64,000 bases of DNA, taken from assembly GCA_964016885.1 (NCBI GenBank), contig OZ024742.1, forward strand, positions 237,522,001 through 237,586,000, in the 5' to 3' direction. Position 1 is the first letter of the stretch; each line of letters begins with the position of its first letter. The position numbers were made by a program, and so were the translations under genes. Below, piece by piece: positions 1-12,465 of the stretch. This DNA is from Eledone cirrhosa (lineage: Eukaryota). The notes under the pieces are model-generated. The model was not told where the DNA came from, made no database searches, and saw nothing but the letters and a program-made list of their open reading frames with translations.

Positions 1-233
1 TATATATATATATATATATATATATTTCGTTTCTGAATTTGTTTAGCAAGATTCTTTATCTGAAATCGTGTGTTGAAACCGATATTGTTATACTTTGGGA
101 GGGTCATGTTGCCAATAAGAAACACACGCACCAGTTGCTTTCACTTCAATTTATTATAATAAATTTCTAATAAATTTATAAATTTATAAATTTCTGGTTG
201 GTTGGTTCCACAACCAGATAGTTGTTTATATAT

Positions 234-278
234 AGTCATAGTTCTTTCGTCACACACTCTGTGACCTCTTCAGTGACT
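234..278 (-). ncRNA. Hammerhead ribozyme, mirror copy of 784-828
   Basis: Exact reverse complement in the left arm of the palindrome. Confidence 0.7.
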
Positions 279-783
279 GGGGATTCCTTTCTTTGTTTCT
301 GTGCCTCTCCTTTGTTCTGCCCTACGCCATTTTGTTTCTGTGTGTGTGCTGTGTGCTCAGTCTGCGCATGCGCCACATCCGGGTGTCTGTGTGTGTTTAT
401 GTTCATTTATTTATTTGTTTATTTACATGTTACTGGTTGGTTGTTTGTTCTATGTGTGTGTGTGTTTTCATTTTGTCCTTAATTGTAAGTTGTGATGTTG
501 CTGTTCCACTCAAATTTTCTATTTAATTTCCAAAATTAAATAGAAAATATGAGTGGAACAGCAACATCACAACTTACAATTAAGGACAAAATGAAAACAC
601 ACACACACATAGAACAAACAACCAACCAGTAACATGTAAATAAACAAATAAATAAATGAACATAAACACACACAGACACCCGGATGTGGCGCATGCGCAG
701 ACTGAGCACACAGCACACACACAGAAACAAAATGGCGTAGGACAGAACAAAGGAGAGGCACAGAAACAAAGAAAGGAATCCCC

Positions 784-828
784 AGTCACTGAAGAGGTCA
801 CAGAGTGTGTGACGAAAGAACTATGACT
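784..828 (+). ncRNA. Minimal type I hammerhead ribozyme
   Basis: AGTCA-CTGAAGA-G-GTCACA(gagtg)TGTGAC-GAAA-G(aa)C-TA-TGACT: stem I 5 bp, stem II 6 bp, very short stem III, CUA cleavage triplet. Confidence 0.7.
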
Positions 829-965
829 ATATATAAACAACTATCTGGTTGTGGAACCAACCAACCAATCAGAAATTTATAAATTTATAAATTTATTATA
901 ATAAATTGAAGTGAAAGCAACTGGTGCGTGTGTTTCTTATTGGCAACATGACCCTCCCAAAGTAT

Positions 966-1013
<48 letters not shown>

Positions 1014-1834
1014 ATGTGCGTTGATGTAATTGCCAAAAAAATGAAAAAATAATAATAAATAAATTAAAAATAACCTCGCTTCAGAATATTATATTCAATA
1101 TCATACAGCTCATAATAGTTATAAAATTTCATCATTAGCGAGTATAATCATTTATTTTAAATAGTCCTGGTAATTATCTTTTTTATTTTTCGTTTTACAT
1201 TTTTTTGTTTTTTAAATCTAAGGATTTCATCATAAACAATGTTTTTAACTTTGTCATCTTTTGCGTAATAATAAAGATTATTAATATCTCCCAATTGTGA
1301 AAGTGATACATATAGTTGTCCATGAGAAAATACTTCTTTTTAAAGATTGACACCAATTTTCTTTAATGTTTGACCTTCTGATTTATTTATTGTCATAGCA
1401 AAAGATAGTTTAACTGGAAATTGTAACCTTGTAAACCTCTCTGGCGCCTCTGCAAGTAATTTAATTCTTGGCAATAATACTAATTCATTTTTGCGCTTTC
1501 CATTTGATATTTTTGCTTCAATTACATTATTTGTAAGGGATTCCAATTCATGTGGTGGAAATCCCGATAATTCTAATGAATTTAAGAACTCAACTGGAAA
1601 ATCTATTGTTTCATTTGTTTCCGCTACTTGATCTATAGAATTGTAGGTTCTTAATCTATGTTCTATTTTGTTAAGTAATCGCATATTAATAGCATACACA
1701 TCCTCATTATTAGCTAAAATTATTCTTTATAACGTCCATTCTGTATGTTTCCAAAATAATTGATTCTAAATCAATGTCCCCATAAATAAATGTTTCTAAA
1801 TCTATTTCATTCTCAACGCTATTTCCCATTGGTA

Positions 1835-1930
1835 ATAATTGTTTCTACATTTGGCACAAGGCCAGCAATTTTCCCAGTGCATTACTGGTACTTTATTTTA
1901 TCGACCCCGTAAGGCGGGATTTGAACTCAC
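1835..1930 (-). mobile_element. Truncated SINE inserted in Helitron
   Basis: ttggcacaaggccagcaatt...actggtactttattttatcgaccccgtaagg matches the recurring SINE 3' half. Confidence 0.8.
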
Positions 1931-3377
1931 TGATAATAATATCATGTGATTGTCATCACTTGGAATCCTTTTTTCTGCTATTTCTAATAGTTTATTTACA
2001 AAGTCCTGTAAGTCATTATTTCTTAAGATATACAATCTCATATTAATTCTTAACGTCAATTTGCGGAATAATGACCATAAATGTGATGCCATGATTGATG
2101 CATCTATTTCATCTGCTATTGTACCTTTTGGTACTACTGGAAGTATTTTTCTAAAATCACCAGCTAGTAAAATCTTTTTTGTGTGACATTGTAACTTCAT
2201 CCCATACTAATAAATTACTAATTTTTAAGGTTATCCAAATTTGACTATTTTTTCTAATTGATGTTGTAACTTCATCAAGTATTGATGATGAAAATGGTAA
2301 TTTAATCATTGAATGTACTGTTTTACCATTATCTATTAAAGTTGCCACTATTCCTGAAGAAGCAACGGCTATACTAATATAACTATTCATTTTATTGTTT
2401 GCTAGTAAAAGATTGATCAAAAATGTTTTTCTAGTTCCACCTGGAGCATCTAAAAAGTATAATGTTTGTTCATTTCTATTGGTTATTGAGTCATTGATTG
2501 TAGTGTAAATAAGTCTTTGTTCTTCATTCTACAATGGTTCATTCACATCTACAAAGTTTCTTATTTCTAATTGTTCATTTACTCTTTCAATATTGTTTAC
2601 TTCTAGTTCTTCATAAGCAGGTTCAGGTAGTTTTATTTCAATTAAAATCTTTTGTCCTATTTCATACAAAAGAGCTTTAAGTTTGTGTAAATGTTCTCTG
2701 TATAATGTTTCTTCATAATTTATTTCTTCTTGTTGATTGTTTCTCAACGGATTTAGAATATCAACTGACATTGCTTTTTTTAAATTCTTCATATAATGCC
2801 ACTGGATCAGAAGGATTGCGAAGAATTATTGCAAAAAAGTATCTCACTTGACATGGTAATTTTGTGGAAACAGTTTCTCTAAGTGCTAGTTTTAGATGAT
2901 TGTCATCTTCTAACAATCCCCTTGCCAAACATGCTTTTATAAATGTATTATAGACAATACCATCATGTGCTTTTACGCCTTTGAAAGCTTTTAGACCTCT
3001 AACTACGTTCATCAATAATCTCAGACAATAGCATTCTGTTTGATTAGGTGGTACAGTGTAAATTCTAGAACATGTTTGCACAAATCTACCATTCAATCTT
3101 CTTTTCCATATTTTATTCGAAGTAAGAGTATAATGAGATGGAATTTCCTTATATAACGAAGTTCTTGCATGTGCATCATTTTCGTTCAATTTGAAGAATG
3201 AAATTCAAGTTACATTTTTCGGAATTCTGATTCTTTATTCAATATTATTACTGGTAAAGTAGACTATTTCTAAATGTATATCCAATTGTTGAACGGCTGG
3301 GTATCGCATTTGAATATTAAAATCAAAGATTTTCCAAACAGCCTCATTAATATTGAGTCATTATATTGGTCATTATT

Positions 3378-3514
3378 TTATCGACCCCGTAAGAATGAAA
3401 GGCAAAGTCAAATCCCGCCGAGGTTGACTTTGCCTTTCATCCTTACGGGGTCGATAAAATAAAGTACCAGTAATGCACTGGGTAATTTCTGGCCTTGTGC
3501 CTAAAGTAGAAACA
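3378..3514 (+). mobile_element. 5'-inverted SINE with 18-bp TSD
   Basis: TSD attatattggtcattatt at 3360-3377 and 3515-3532. The 5' ~35 bp is the reverse complement of the internal ttgactttgcc...gataaaat segment. Confidence 0.85.
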
Positions 3515-5936
3515 ATTATATTGGTCATTATTCCGTATTCTTAGTACAGCAGCATCGCTACCTTTATTGAAGTACTTTATTATATATACAATGGACTGAA
3601 CAGAGCAGCAAATTTCATCATTAATGTGACCTTTAAATGCTTTCAAAAGTGATGGATTATAAGGTACAGTCCACCTATTGTCAATTGTATACGTTTTTGA
3701 GTTTATAATTAATGTTGCTGTTCTTTCTTCATATTCTGTATTCCTTCGTTTGTATAATGGATATCCTGTGACATCTCTCTTGGTTTCATTAATGAAATAT
3801 CTTGGGTAATTCTTTTCACATCTTCCATTATTCATACACGGATATTGTGGTTTTAATAAACCACATAGACTATGTACCATTTATGTAGCGACAATATCAT
3901 AAAGATCAGGATCATTAATTGGATCGGGAATTCCTGCTTAAATTACTGAACCTAATTGATTTGGATAAATTGTTTGCTCTAATCAAAGTAAGATATGAGC
4001 ATGTGGTAAGCCTCTTTTCTGCCATTCTACTGTATATATGTAGGCCTTTATTTTGCCAAATATTCCATCTCCCTTATCAACCAATATGTTCATCAATTTA
4101 TTCAACTTTTGTTTGAAAACTCTGGCAATTATGTCGTGCCTATCTTCGGGATTTTGCTTTTTGAATATGTTCTCTTTGATTTCATCCCATATAGGATTGC
4201 AGATGAATGTTATGAAAAAATCAGGCCTACCGTATTCTCTCACATAACACATTGCATCTTGAGTTCTTTCCTTCCAATATCTTGAATGTGCATTGAGGAA
4301 GCCTTCATTGTTTAAAGTGTCTTTTAAGAAAGTGAATATTCTTCGACCCTGAACCTGGTTTGGTACTTTGTAATATACAATAGTCGTTTAAATTCAATTT
4401 TGGCATACATATCAACTAAATGCATTTGGAACAATCGTTTACAGTTTAGAATTTGATTTCATCTGTTTCTTTCTTGTAAATAATATGCATGTGATTTTCT
4501 TATTTGGGACTGTTTGATTAGTATTTGGACTGTATAAAGATATATCCAACGAATAGTCATCATTTCCTCTCCAATGAATCAAAGGATATTGTAATGAATC
4601 ATAGGATCTATGTAATTCATTGATTTTATTTACAGTATTATCTTTATAAGTAAAAATGATGTTTCTTCGCGGAAAATCAGTCCCAACCATTACTAATTCC
4701 ACATCGTTAGATACTCCATCACCAGCTGGTATTTTATCTGCACAAATTGACATTATAAGATTAGGACTGTTAACAAAAGAGGCCATAGTTTTAATTTGTC
4801 TGATAAGTTCACTCTTATAGTGTGTAAGTGTTTTTCAAGAAATCTACTATTTCTTATATTAATTTGATCATTTAAATCCTCAATAAAGTAAACTTTAGCA
4901 TATTTAGGAATATTATCAACTGTATTGTACAATGAACTTATTCTGTGATAAATTTGACCTTGTATTTTGAAAACTGGCATGATTCCCGGTAGAGATATTG
5001 ATTCACCAACTCAAAAGTTCGTTATATGTTTTGATATTTTTAAAGAAGTGTTTGAAATCCTGAGTTTCCCCCAGCATTAGTGTATTTAATGGTCCAGGTG
5101 GTCTTTCAATCAAATTCAATTCAACTTTACCATTTGAACAACATAATCCCTTAGGTCCATCCTTAAATAGTTTTGCAAACTACAAACACTGTTCCTAAAT
5201 TTGATAGATTATCATAATGTTTAGTTGGATCATATTTAAATGCTGCATTTGTAAATGATTTAACAGAATTATGTAGTTGGCATATCTTATTCTTTCTTGA
5301 GTTACGATTTTTTGTTCCTCATATTGAAGCATGGAATTCTTGCTTCAATGTGAGAAATTCTATTTTCCTCTCTAATTACATCCCTTCTTTCTAGTGTCAA
5401 ATTTTCACTCAACTCTTGCTGGGTCATTCTGTTTTCTTCTCTAATTTAATTTCTTCTTTGAATTTAGAGTCTTTCCCGTCTTTGTCTTTGATACTCTCGA
5501 TTTCTTGCTCTCTGAATTTCTCTTTCTTCTTCGCTCATTTCATTTCTTGTTTTGGCGTTTTCCTGCTGAGGTATTTAAGATTTTTCTTATATCATTATTT
5601 ATTACACTAATATTATTGTTGTTTAAGCTATTAGTTGCATTGTTTAAGTTCTGGTCACTGATGATGAAAATATTTTCATTATTATGAGCTGTATTAATAT
5701 TGATAACGTAATTTTCTGAAGTGACACTATTGTTAAATGAATTTGTGTTGTTTGCTTTCATAGAGAAAAAATATAGAAGACGAAGAAGAGTAAGATGAAA
5801 TAAGAAGGTTGTGGAGAATAGAGAATAGAGTGGTCCAGTTGTTCGAACAACGAAACACCCTGATCATGAAATTAACATGCAAACGTTGAAGCTTTTCACA
5901 GACACGTTCACTCTTAGCGAACTTTCGCCGGGAACT

Positions 5937-6207
<271 letters not shown>

Positions 6208-6522
6208 GGTGGGTGTGTGTGTGTACATATGTTTTGAGCATTTCATTGTCACGTGTACCTATAACTTGCCAAATATGTTTAGCATACGAGTGACAAGGCT
6301 AGTGCTTTTCGATTAAAGGTACAACTCATTTTTCTCCAGGAGCAACGTGAATCTAACCTTATGATTGTAAGCCGAACACCTTGACCACTAAGCCACGCAC
6401 CTTCATGTGATTATCATGTAAGTATAGACACGTAGTTCCCGATAAAGTCGTAGAGGTTGGTTGTGACACTTCAAGAACTTTAAACCAGAGATCTAAATGC
6501 GACCGATTTCTTCCAGAGAATG

Positions 6523-6559
<37 letters not shown>

Positions 6560-6599
6560 TTCAAATATTAACAAAATAGATATTCTTGTGATCAATTAA

Positions 6600-6664
6600 A
6601 TTTTATTATACATATTTCAGAGGTACTGAATCAAGTTCAACAGTACGTCCTCATCAGATAAAAT
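6600..6664 (-). ncRNA. Hammerhead ribozyme, mirror copy of 10498-10562
   Basis: Reverse complement in the left arm. Confidence 0.75.
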
Positions 6665-7943
6665 AAAATGATACATGACATACCCTGAAATGTTAGATGG
6701 TTAAGATTTAATGAAGGTAGTGATTAACTTATGAGAAAACTCAATATTTATACCCTAATACTGAGAACATGCGAAAACGTAATAGAATCAATAGAGAGAG
6801 TGTGAGTAAGAAAAACATTGCCTTAATGCAAGTTATAGTGTTTTTAAAATTTGAATACTACTATAGAACTATAGAGGAAGACGTATTTGGAGTTATAATT
6901 TATTTAGTATTTAGCTTCAGAATACAACTGACAGATAATTAAAGAGAGGGAGAGACAAAGAGGAGTAATTTATCCTCAAATTTTCTTTAGACACACATAA
7001 ACATATATAGCTTTGGCGGTTAAATTTCAAAATATTTAATTTATGTTATTTTAGGGTAAAGAATCAAAATTTTAGGTTTTAAAAGTTGATGGTTATTTGT
7101 ATTAATTTTATAATATAATTGTGTTAAATTTCTAAAATTCAAAGTTTTATGAAAACAAATTTAAAGGATTTATGAGGCCCGCGAAAGAAAAAATATAATG
7201 TTCAATATTCTCACAAAGGTAATCTTTAACAAAATTACTTGTAATACTGACAGCATTTTCTATAATATAATTTATGAGATATTTACAGTTATAACTATTA
7301 AGGAATTTATTGTTAAATAGTTATAGTGCCTAAAGTATTAGCGGCTCTTATAATTAAAACTAAAGAAGTCAGAGTTTTCAGCTATATATATATATATATA
7401 TGTGTGTGTATTGATCATAATATCAAGACTATAATTTATTATTTGTTCATATATTAAGTCATTATATTAGTTCTACCTTCTAGGGAAGACCGAACTCTAA
7501 TTATGATTATGTTATTATACAATAAATATATTTGTACAAACTATATATAGAGATATACCGAACTATAATTATGATTATGTTATTATACAATATAAACATA
7601 TTTGCACAAACTATATATAGAGATATACTAAGTATTAATGAAACGGTATACCTTTAATAAAGAATAATGATTATAATCTTTGTTAGTAGTTTCGTACATG
7701 TGTAACTAAGATTATGTTATTACACTAGATAAAGATATTTGCACAAACTATACATTGATATACTAGATAAGACGGTATATATCCAATAAAACATAGCGAT
7801 TAGAAACACTGTTAGTACTTCTACCTCCAGTTCAGTGGAGATATAAACCAATATTTGTCTGCTAATATTGTTTGTTAAAAATACATAAAAAGCAAAGCGC
7901 AAAGCCAACTTTCTGAGTCTTCAAAAACCATCTCCAAATGAGT

Positions 7944-8013
<70 letters not shown>

Positions 8014-8181
8014 TATAAAAATGTAAACGCATGAATGATCCACAGTTCAAATTAAAGTCATTAAAATTTACAGGTTAAATATCTAAACTATATATTTAAA
8101 ACAGAGATAGAAAAATAAAGATCTGAATCAAAGTTAAAAATATCCAAAAAGCCATAGGTTATGCATAACCAACCTGCAAAC

Positions 8182-8730
8182 CGAAAATAAAATGTCGTCC
8201 CTATATAAATGACCGGTAATCTCCGGCAGTTTTCTATTTATCATATTTAATATGAAAATCCCCAGAAGATCCGTGATTTGGGCTGAATCAGATGACCCCA
8301 TGGTAATATCAAAGTTTCTATTTCTATCTGAGCGGGTCCAATACTCATTGTCGAAGTTAATAAGAGTTATTCTAGCTGTTAATATGATATAAATTTCATC
8401 CGTGGTTAGATAAGTATGCTTGTAAGCGTATGATAGAGCCTTATTTAGTAGGTTGTGCGTTATGGAAGAATAATAGCTTGTTATGTCCATCTGGATGAAT
8501 TTACGGTTTTTCTTATCATCTATATTCTTATACCATTCAATGACTTCATTTGTATCTTTCCACAAGCTCAATTTAGACCTCAATTTCAGAGCAGGTAGAA
8601 TTCTATCAATAATGTTTTTCCTGATTACTCCAATATCCGATTTGGATGGAACAATCAGTCTAACTGGCAGGTCTTCCTCGAAGTTTCATTTGTGATCTTT
8701 TAAGTTTATCTGCGGCTGCCTAGGTATAAG
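8182..8730 (-). pseudogene. PLE reverse transcriptase fragment
   Basis: LKDHK*NF..LPVRLIVPSKSDIG, LWKDTNEVIEWY, FIQMDITSYYSSI, FDITMGSSDSAQITDLLG, LYRDD. Confidence 0.85.
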
Positions 8731-8856
8731 GAGACCCTATTGATAATTAATAATTATGAAAACTTAATTAACAAAAAAAAAGAATTATTCTCAAACTGCC
8801 TTCATAAAGCGTTGTCTACATTCCAAGCCTCGCATAAAGTCATGAAAATACAGTAA
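8731..8856 (+). pseudogene. PLE endonuclease C-terminal remnant
   Basis: Reads ETLLIINNYENLINKKKELFSNCLHK...*, resembling the LLNKRxELxxxCxH tail of C-terminal GIY-YIG PLEs. Confidence 0.65.
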
Positions 8857-9746
8857 GCAACCAAGCCTGGTTTTAGACGTACATAATCAACTGTTGAGCA
8901 TATAAATCGTAACGGCTTATAACATTTTAATAATGCTTTATCTTCTAATCATTTATAATGGAAATAATGTTTGAATGAGTGACACTTGTTTAATAACTTG
9001 TTTGCAGGTTGGATATGCATAACCTATGGCTTTTTGGATATTTTTAACTTTGATTCAGATCTTTATTTTTCTATCTCTGTTTTAAATATATAGTTTAGAT
9101 ATTTAACCTGTAAATTTTACTGACTTTAATTTGAACTGTGGATTATTCATGCGTTTACATTTTTATATATATGTATATATTTTATATATATATATATATA
9201 TATTTTACTCATTTGGAGATGGTTTTTGAAGACTCAGAAAGTTGGCTTTGCGCTTAGCTTTTTATGTATTTTTAACAAACAATATTAGCAGACAAATATT
9301 GGTTTATATCTCCACTGAACTGGAGGTAGAAGTACTAACAGTGTTTCTAATCGCTATGTTTTATTGGATATATACCGTCTTATTAATATCTAGTATATCA
9401 ATGTATAGTTTGTGCAAATATCTTTATCTAGTGTAATAACATAATCTTAGTTACACATGTACGAAACTACTAACAAAGATTATAATCATTATTCTTTATT
9501 AAAGGTATACCGTTTCATTAATACTTAGTATATCTCTATATATAGTTTGTGAAAATATGTTTATATTGTATAATAACATAATCATAATTATAGTTCGGTA
9601 TATCTCTATATATAGTTTGTACAAATATATTTATTGTATAATAACATAATCATAATTAGAGTTCGGTCTTCCCTAGAAGGTAGAACTAATATAATGACTT
9701 AATATATGAACAAATAATAAATTATAGTCTTGATATTATGATCAAA

Positions 9747-9777
<31 letters not shown>

Positions 9778-10497
9778 GCTGAAAACTCTGACTTCTCTTT
9801 TGGTTTAATTATAAGAGCCGCTAATACTTTAGGCACTATAACTATTTAACAATAAATTCCTTAATAGTTATAACTGTAAATATCTCATAAATTATATTAT
9901 AGAAAATGCTGTCAGTGTTACAAGTAATTTTGTTAAAGATTACCTTTGTGAGAATATTGAACATTATATTTTTTCTTTCGCGGGCCTCGTAAATCCTTTA
10001 AATTTGTTTTCATAAAACTTTGAATTTTAGAAATTTAACACAATTATATTATAAAATTAATACAAATAACCATCAACTTTTAAAACCTAAAATTTTGATT
10101 CTTTACCCTAAAATAACATAAATTAAATATTTTGAAATTTAACCGCCAAAGCTATATATGTTTATGTGTGTCTAAAGAAAATTTGAGGATAAATTACTCC
10201 TCTTTGTCTCTCCCTCTCTTTAATTATCTGTCAGTTGTCTTCTGAAGCTAAATACTAAATAAATTATAACTCCAAATACGTCTTCCTCTATAGTTCTATA
10301 ATAGTATTCAAATTTTAAAAACTCTATAACTTGCATTAAGGCAATGTTTTTCTTACTCACACTCTCTCTATTGATTCTATTACGTTTTCGCATGTTCTCA
10401 ATATTTGGGTATAAATATTGAGTTTTCTCATAAGTTAATCACTACCTTGATTAAATCTTAACCATCTAACATGTCAGGGTATGTCATGTATCATTTT

Positions 10498-10562
10498 ATT
10501 TTATCTGATGAGGACGTACTGTTGAACTTGATTCAGTACCTCTGAAATATGTATAATAAAAT
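10498..10562 (+). ncRNA. Type I hammerhead ribozyme
   Basis: ATTTTAT-CTGATGA-GGAcGTACTG...CAGTACcTCT-GAAA-T(atgt)A-TA-ATAAAAT: 7-bp stem I, AUA triplet. Confidence 0.75.
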
Positions 10563-11414
10563 TTAATTGATCACAAGAATATCTATCTTGTTAATATATG
10601 AATTAATATTAATAACTCTGGAAAATATCCACTGTAGAGTGCTTCTAACCTACTGTAAAACTCGTTCTTTGATGTACTCATTGAATCTTGTTTAACTCTT
10701 TAATATATATATATATAAAATTGAAGAATTCTTCTTAACAGTAAAATTGAAAAAAACTATTTTTTGTCGACATAAATCGGCGACTAAATTTGAGAAGTTT
10801 AGACCAGCTTAATTCCATCTTATCTATTCCATAACCCAGATTGTACCACTTGGATCTATTATGATATCACATTATCAACATCATCATCATTATAATTATA
10901 ATTATAATTGTCATCATCTATCAAAGAACAACATCAAAACCCCTTATATTTACACTCTTATTTTATATATCTCTATTTTTCACTCTTTATCTTTATATTT
11001 CTCTCCCTAAATTTATTTCATCTCTGTCATTTTATTTTATCATATAATATAACTTAAAACTAATTAATTAATTTATTTATTAAAATAACCAATACACACA
11101 TAAATATATTTAACATTATCATATTTTCACCTCATTATCTCTCCATATATTTCAACAATTCTCAAAAACCATTCTCAATAATTTTAATGTTTAAATATTC
11201 TTCGCACATTTTTACTCTTTTTACTCCTTTTACGTATTTATTTTTATTCTTCATTTTCACATTTTCCACATTTTATACCATTTTATATCACATTAGATAT
11301 AACTTATTTATTCATTTATTTATCAATTTTTATATATTTTTTAATATATTTTTTATATATCTATTTTTATTTTTATTTACATCATGTATTAACGCTTATT
11401 CATTTATTTGTCCC

Positions 11415-11600
11415 TCTGGCAGTACCAGTAGAGGGTCGGACGCCATGCTTTGACGCATAGAGTTACGGTCCTTGCCATTCTGAGTTCAAATCCCGCCGAG
11501 GTTAACTTTGCCTTTCATCCTTTCGGGGTCGATAAAATAAAGTACCAGTAATACACTGGGTTAATTGCTGGCCTTGTGCCAAAAGTAGAAACAATTATTT
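11415..11600 (+). mobile_element. tRNA-derived SINE family A (Meta-domain-like central region)
   Basis: B-box gagttcaaatccc followed by gcctttcatcctttcggggtcgataaaataaagtaccag and tail ggccttgtgccaaaagtagaaacaattatt. Further copies near 24875-25030(-), 25530-25725(+), 25745-25935(+), 26340-26450(+), 28740-28910(-), 29350-29500(-), 41450-41600(+), 42290-42440(-), 51820-51985(-), 56190-56490(-). Confidence 0.85.
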
Positions 11601-12167
11601 TTACTTATGTTTATCTCTCATCTATCTACCATCATCTTCTATATATCTTCCTCTCTTTATATTTCTATCTATAATAATTTCTCCTTTTCTTCTTCTTTCT
11701 CTTTTTCTTTTTCCTTCTTCTTCTTTCTCCTTCCTTTCCTTTCTTTCTTTATTTATCTCCATTTCTTCCTCCTTTTCTCTCTATATCTTTATTATTAATA
11801 TTATTATTGATGATGTAATTTGAATTTGTAAATTTGTCGGTTACATATATATATTTTTAACAGTTTCCGAAGATCTTATAGAGTTAACATCGTATTTAAA
11901 ATTGAATGGCACTGTTTTTAGTGTTCAGCAATTTTTAGACAACTCTATCAGTGAAACAATTGTTAGACTGCAAATAAATCCCCTTTTTTGTACTGTTGAC
12001 CATGTTATTCTCCACTTATTCAATTTTATTACTCCAAGATAAACTTACATAGGAATACAAATGAAATCATAAAATCGTCATCTACGTAAACCTCAAGCAA
12101 CGCCGTACGCTAAAACTATCCATAATAAGAAGTATTCACAACCTCTAATTGGATTACCTATAACGAT

Positions 12168-12238
<71 letters not shown>

Positions 12239-12351
12239 GAAGGAGGTGTGGTAAGGAACCAGATGGACCATAACGCACCAGAGTACTCAATACTTAGGGT
12301 AGTAGAGTGGGTAATAGGAAAATGTTTAACCCCGACAGGGTTAAACAGTTT

Positions 12352-12465
<114 letters not shown>

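Larger units (their letters stand above)
24..972. mobile_element. Palindromic non-coding Penelope-like pLTR insert (arms ~83-529 / 533-972) in (TA)n
   Basis: Near-perfect inverted repeat centred at 531 with (TA)n on both sides. The minus strand from ATG at 107 reads [27 protein letters not shown], homologous to the N-terminus of the PLE at 47691 ([27 protein letters not shown]). Confidence 0.85.
1230..5200 (-). pseudogene. Helitron Rep/helicase (HUH endonuclease + PIF1-like helicase), fragmented
   Basis: ORF pieces carry FKIQGQIYHRI, YGRPDFFITF, VEWQKRGLPHAHILL (Rep), LDAPGGT.KT, AVASSGI.ATL, VWDE, GDFRKILPVV and QFPVKLSFAMTINKSEGQTL (PIF1 motifs). Many stops and frameshifts; two SINE insertions. 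Confidence 0.93.
6556..10703. mobile_element. Rearranged Penelope-like element with ~1.6-kb inverted pLTR/3'UTR arms
   Basis: 6556-8181 is the reverse complement of 9000-10608. An RT fragment (minus) and an EN C-terminus (plus) lie between the arms. (TA)n flanks both ends and each arm has an HHR. Confidence 0.88.

Noticed and set aside
222-840. Mirror-image ORF pairs
   Set aside because: Consequence of the palindrome; low-complexity UTR sequence.
5656-5685. CTGATGA followed by GAAA
   Set aside because: No stem II between the boxes and no stem I/III; a simple hairpin, not a hammerhead.
11415-11500. tRNA-like A/B boxes as tRNA genes
   Set aside because: They are SINE heads, lack a cloverleaf and continue into SINE bodies.
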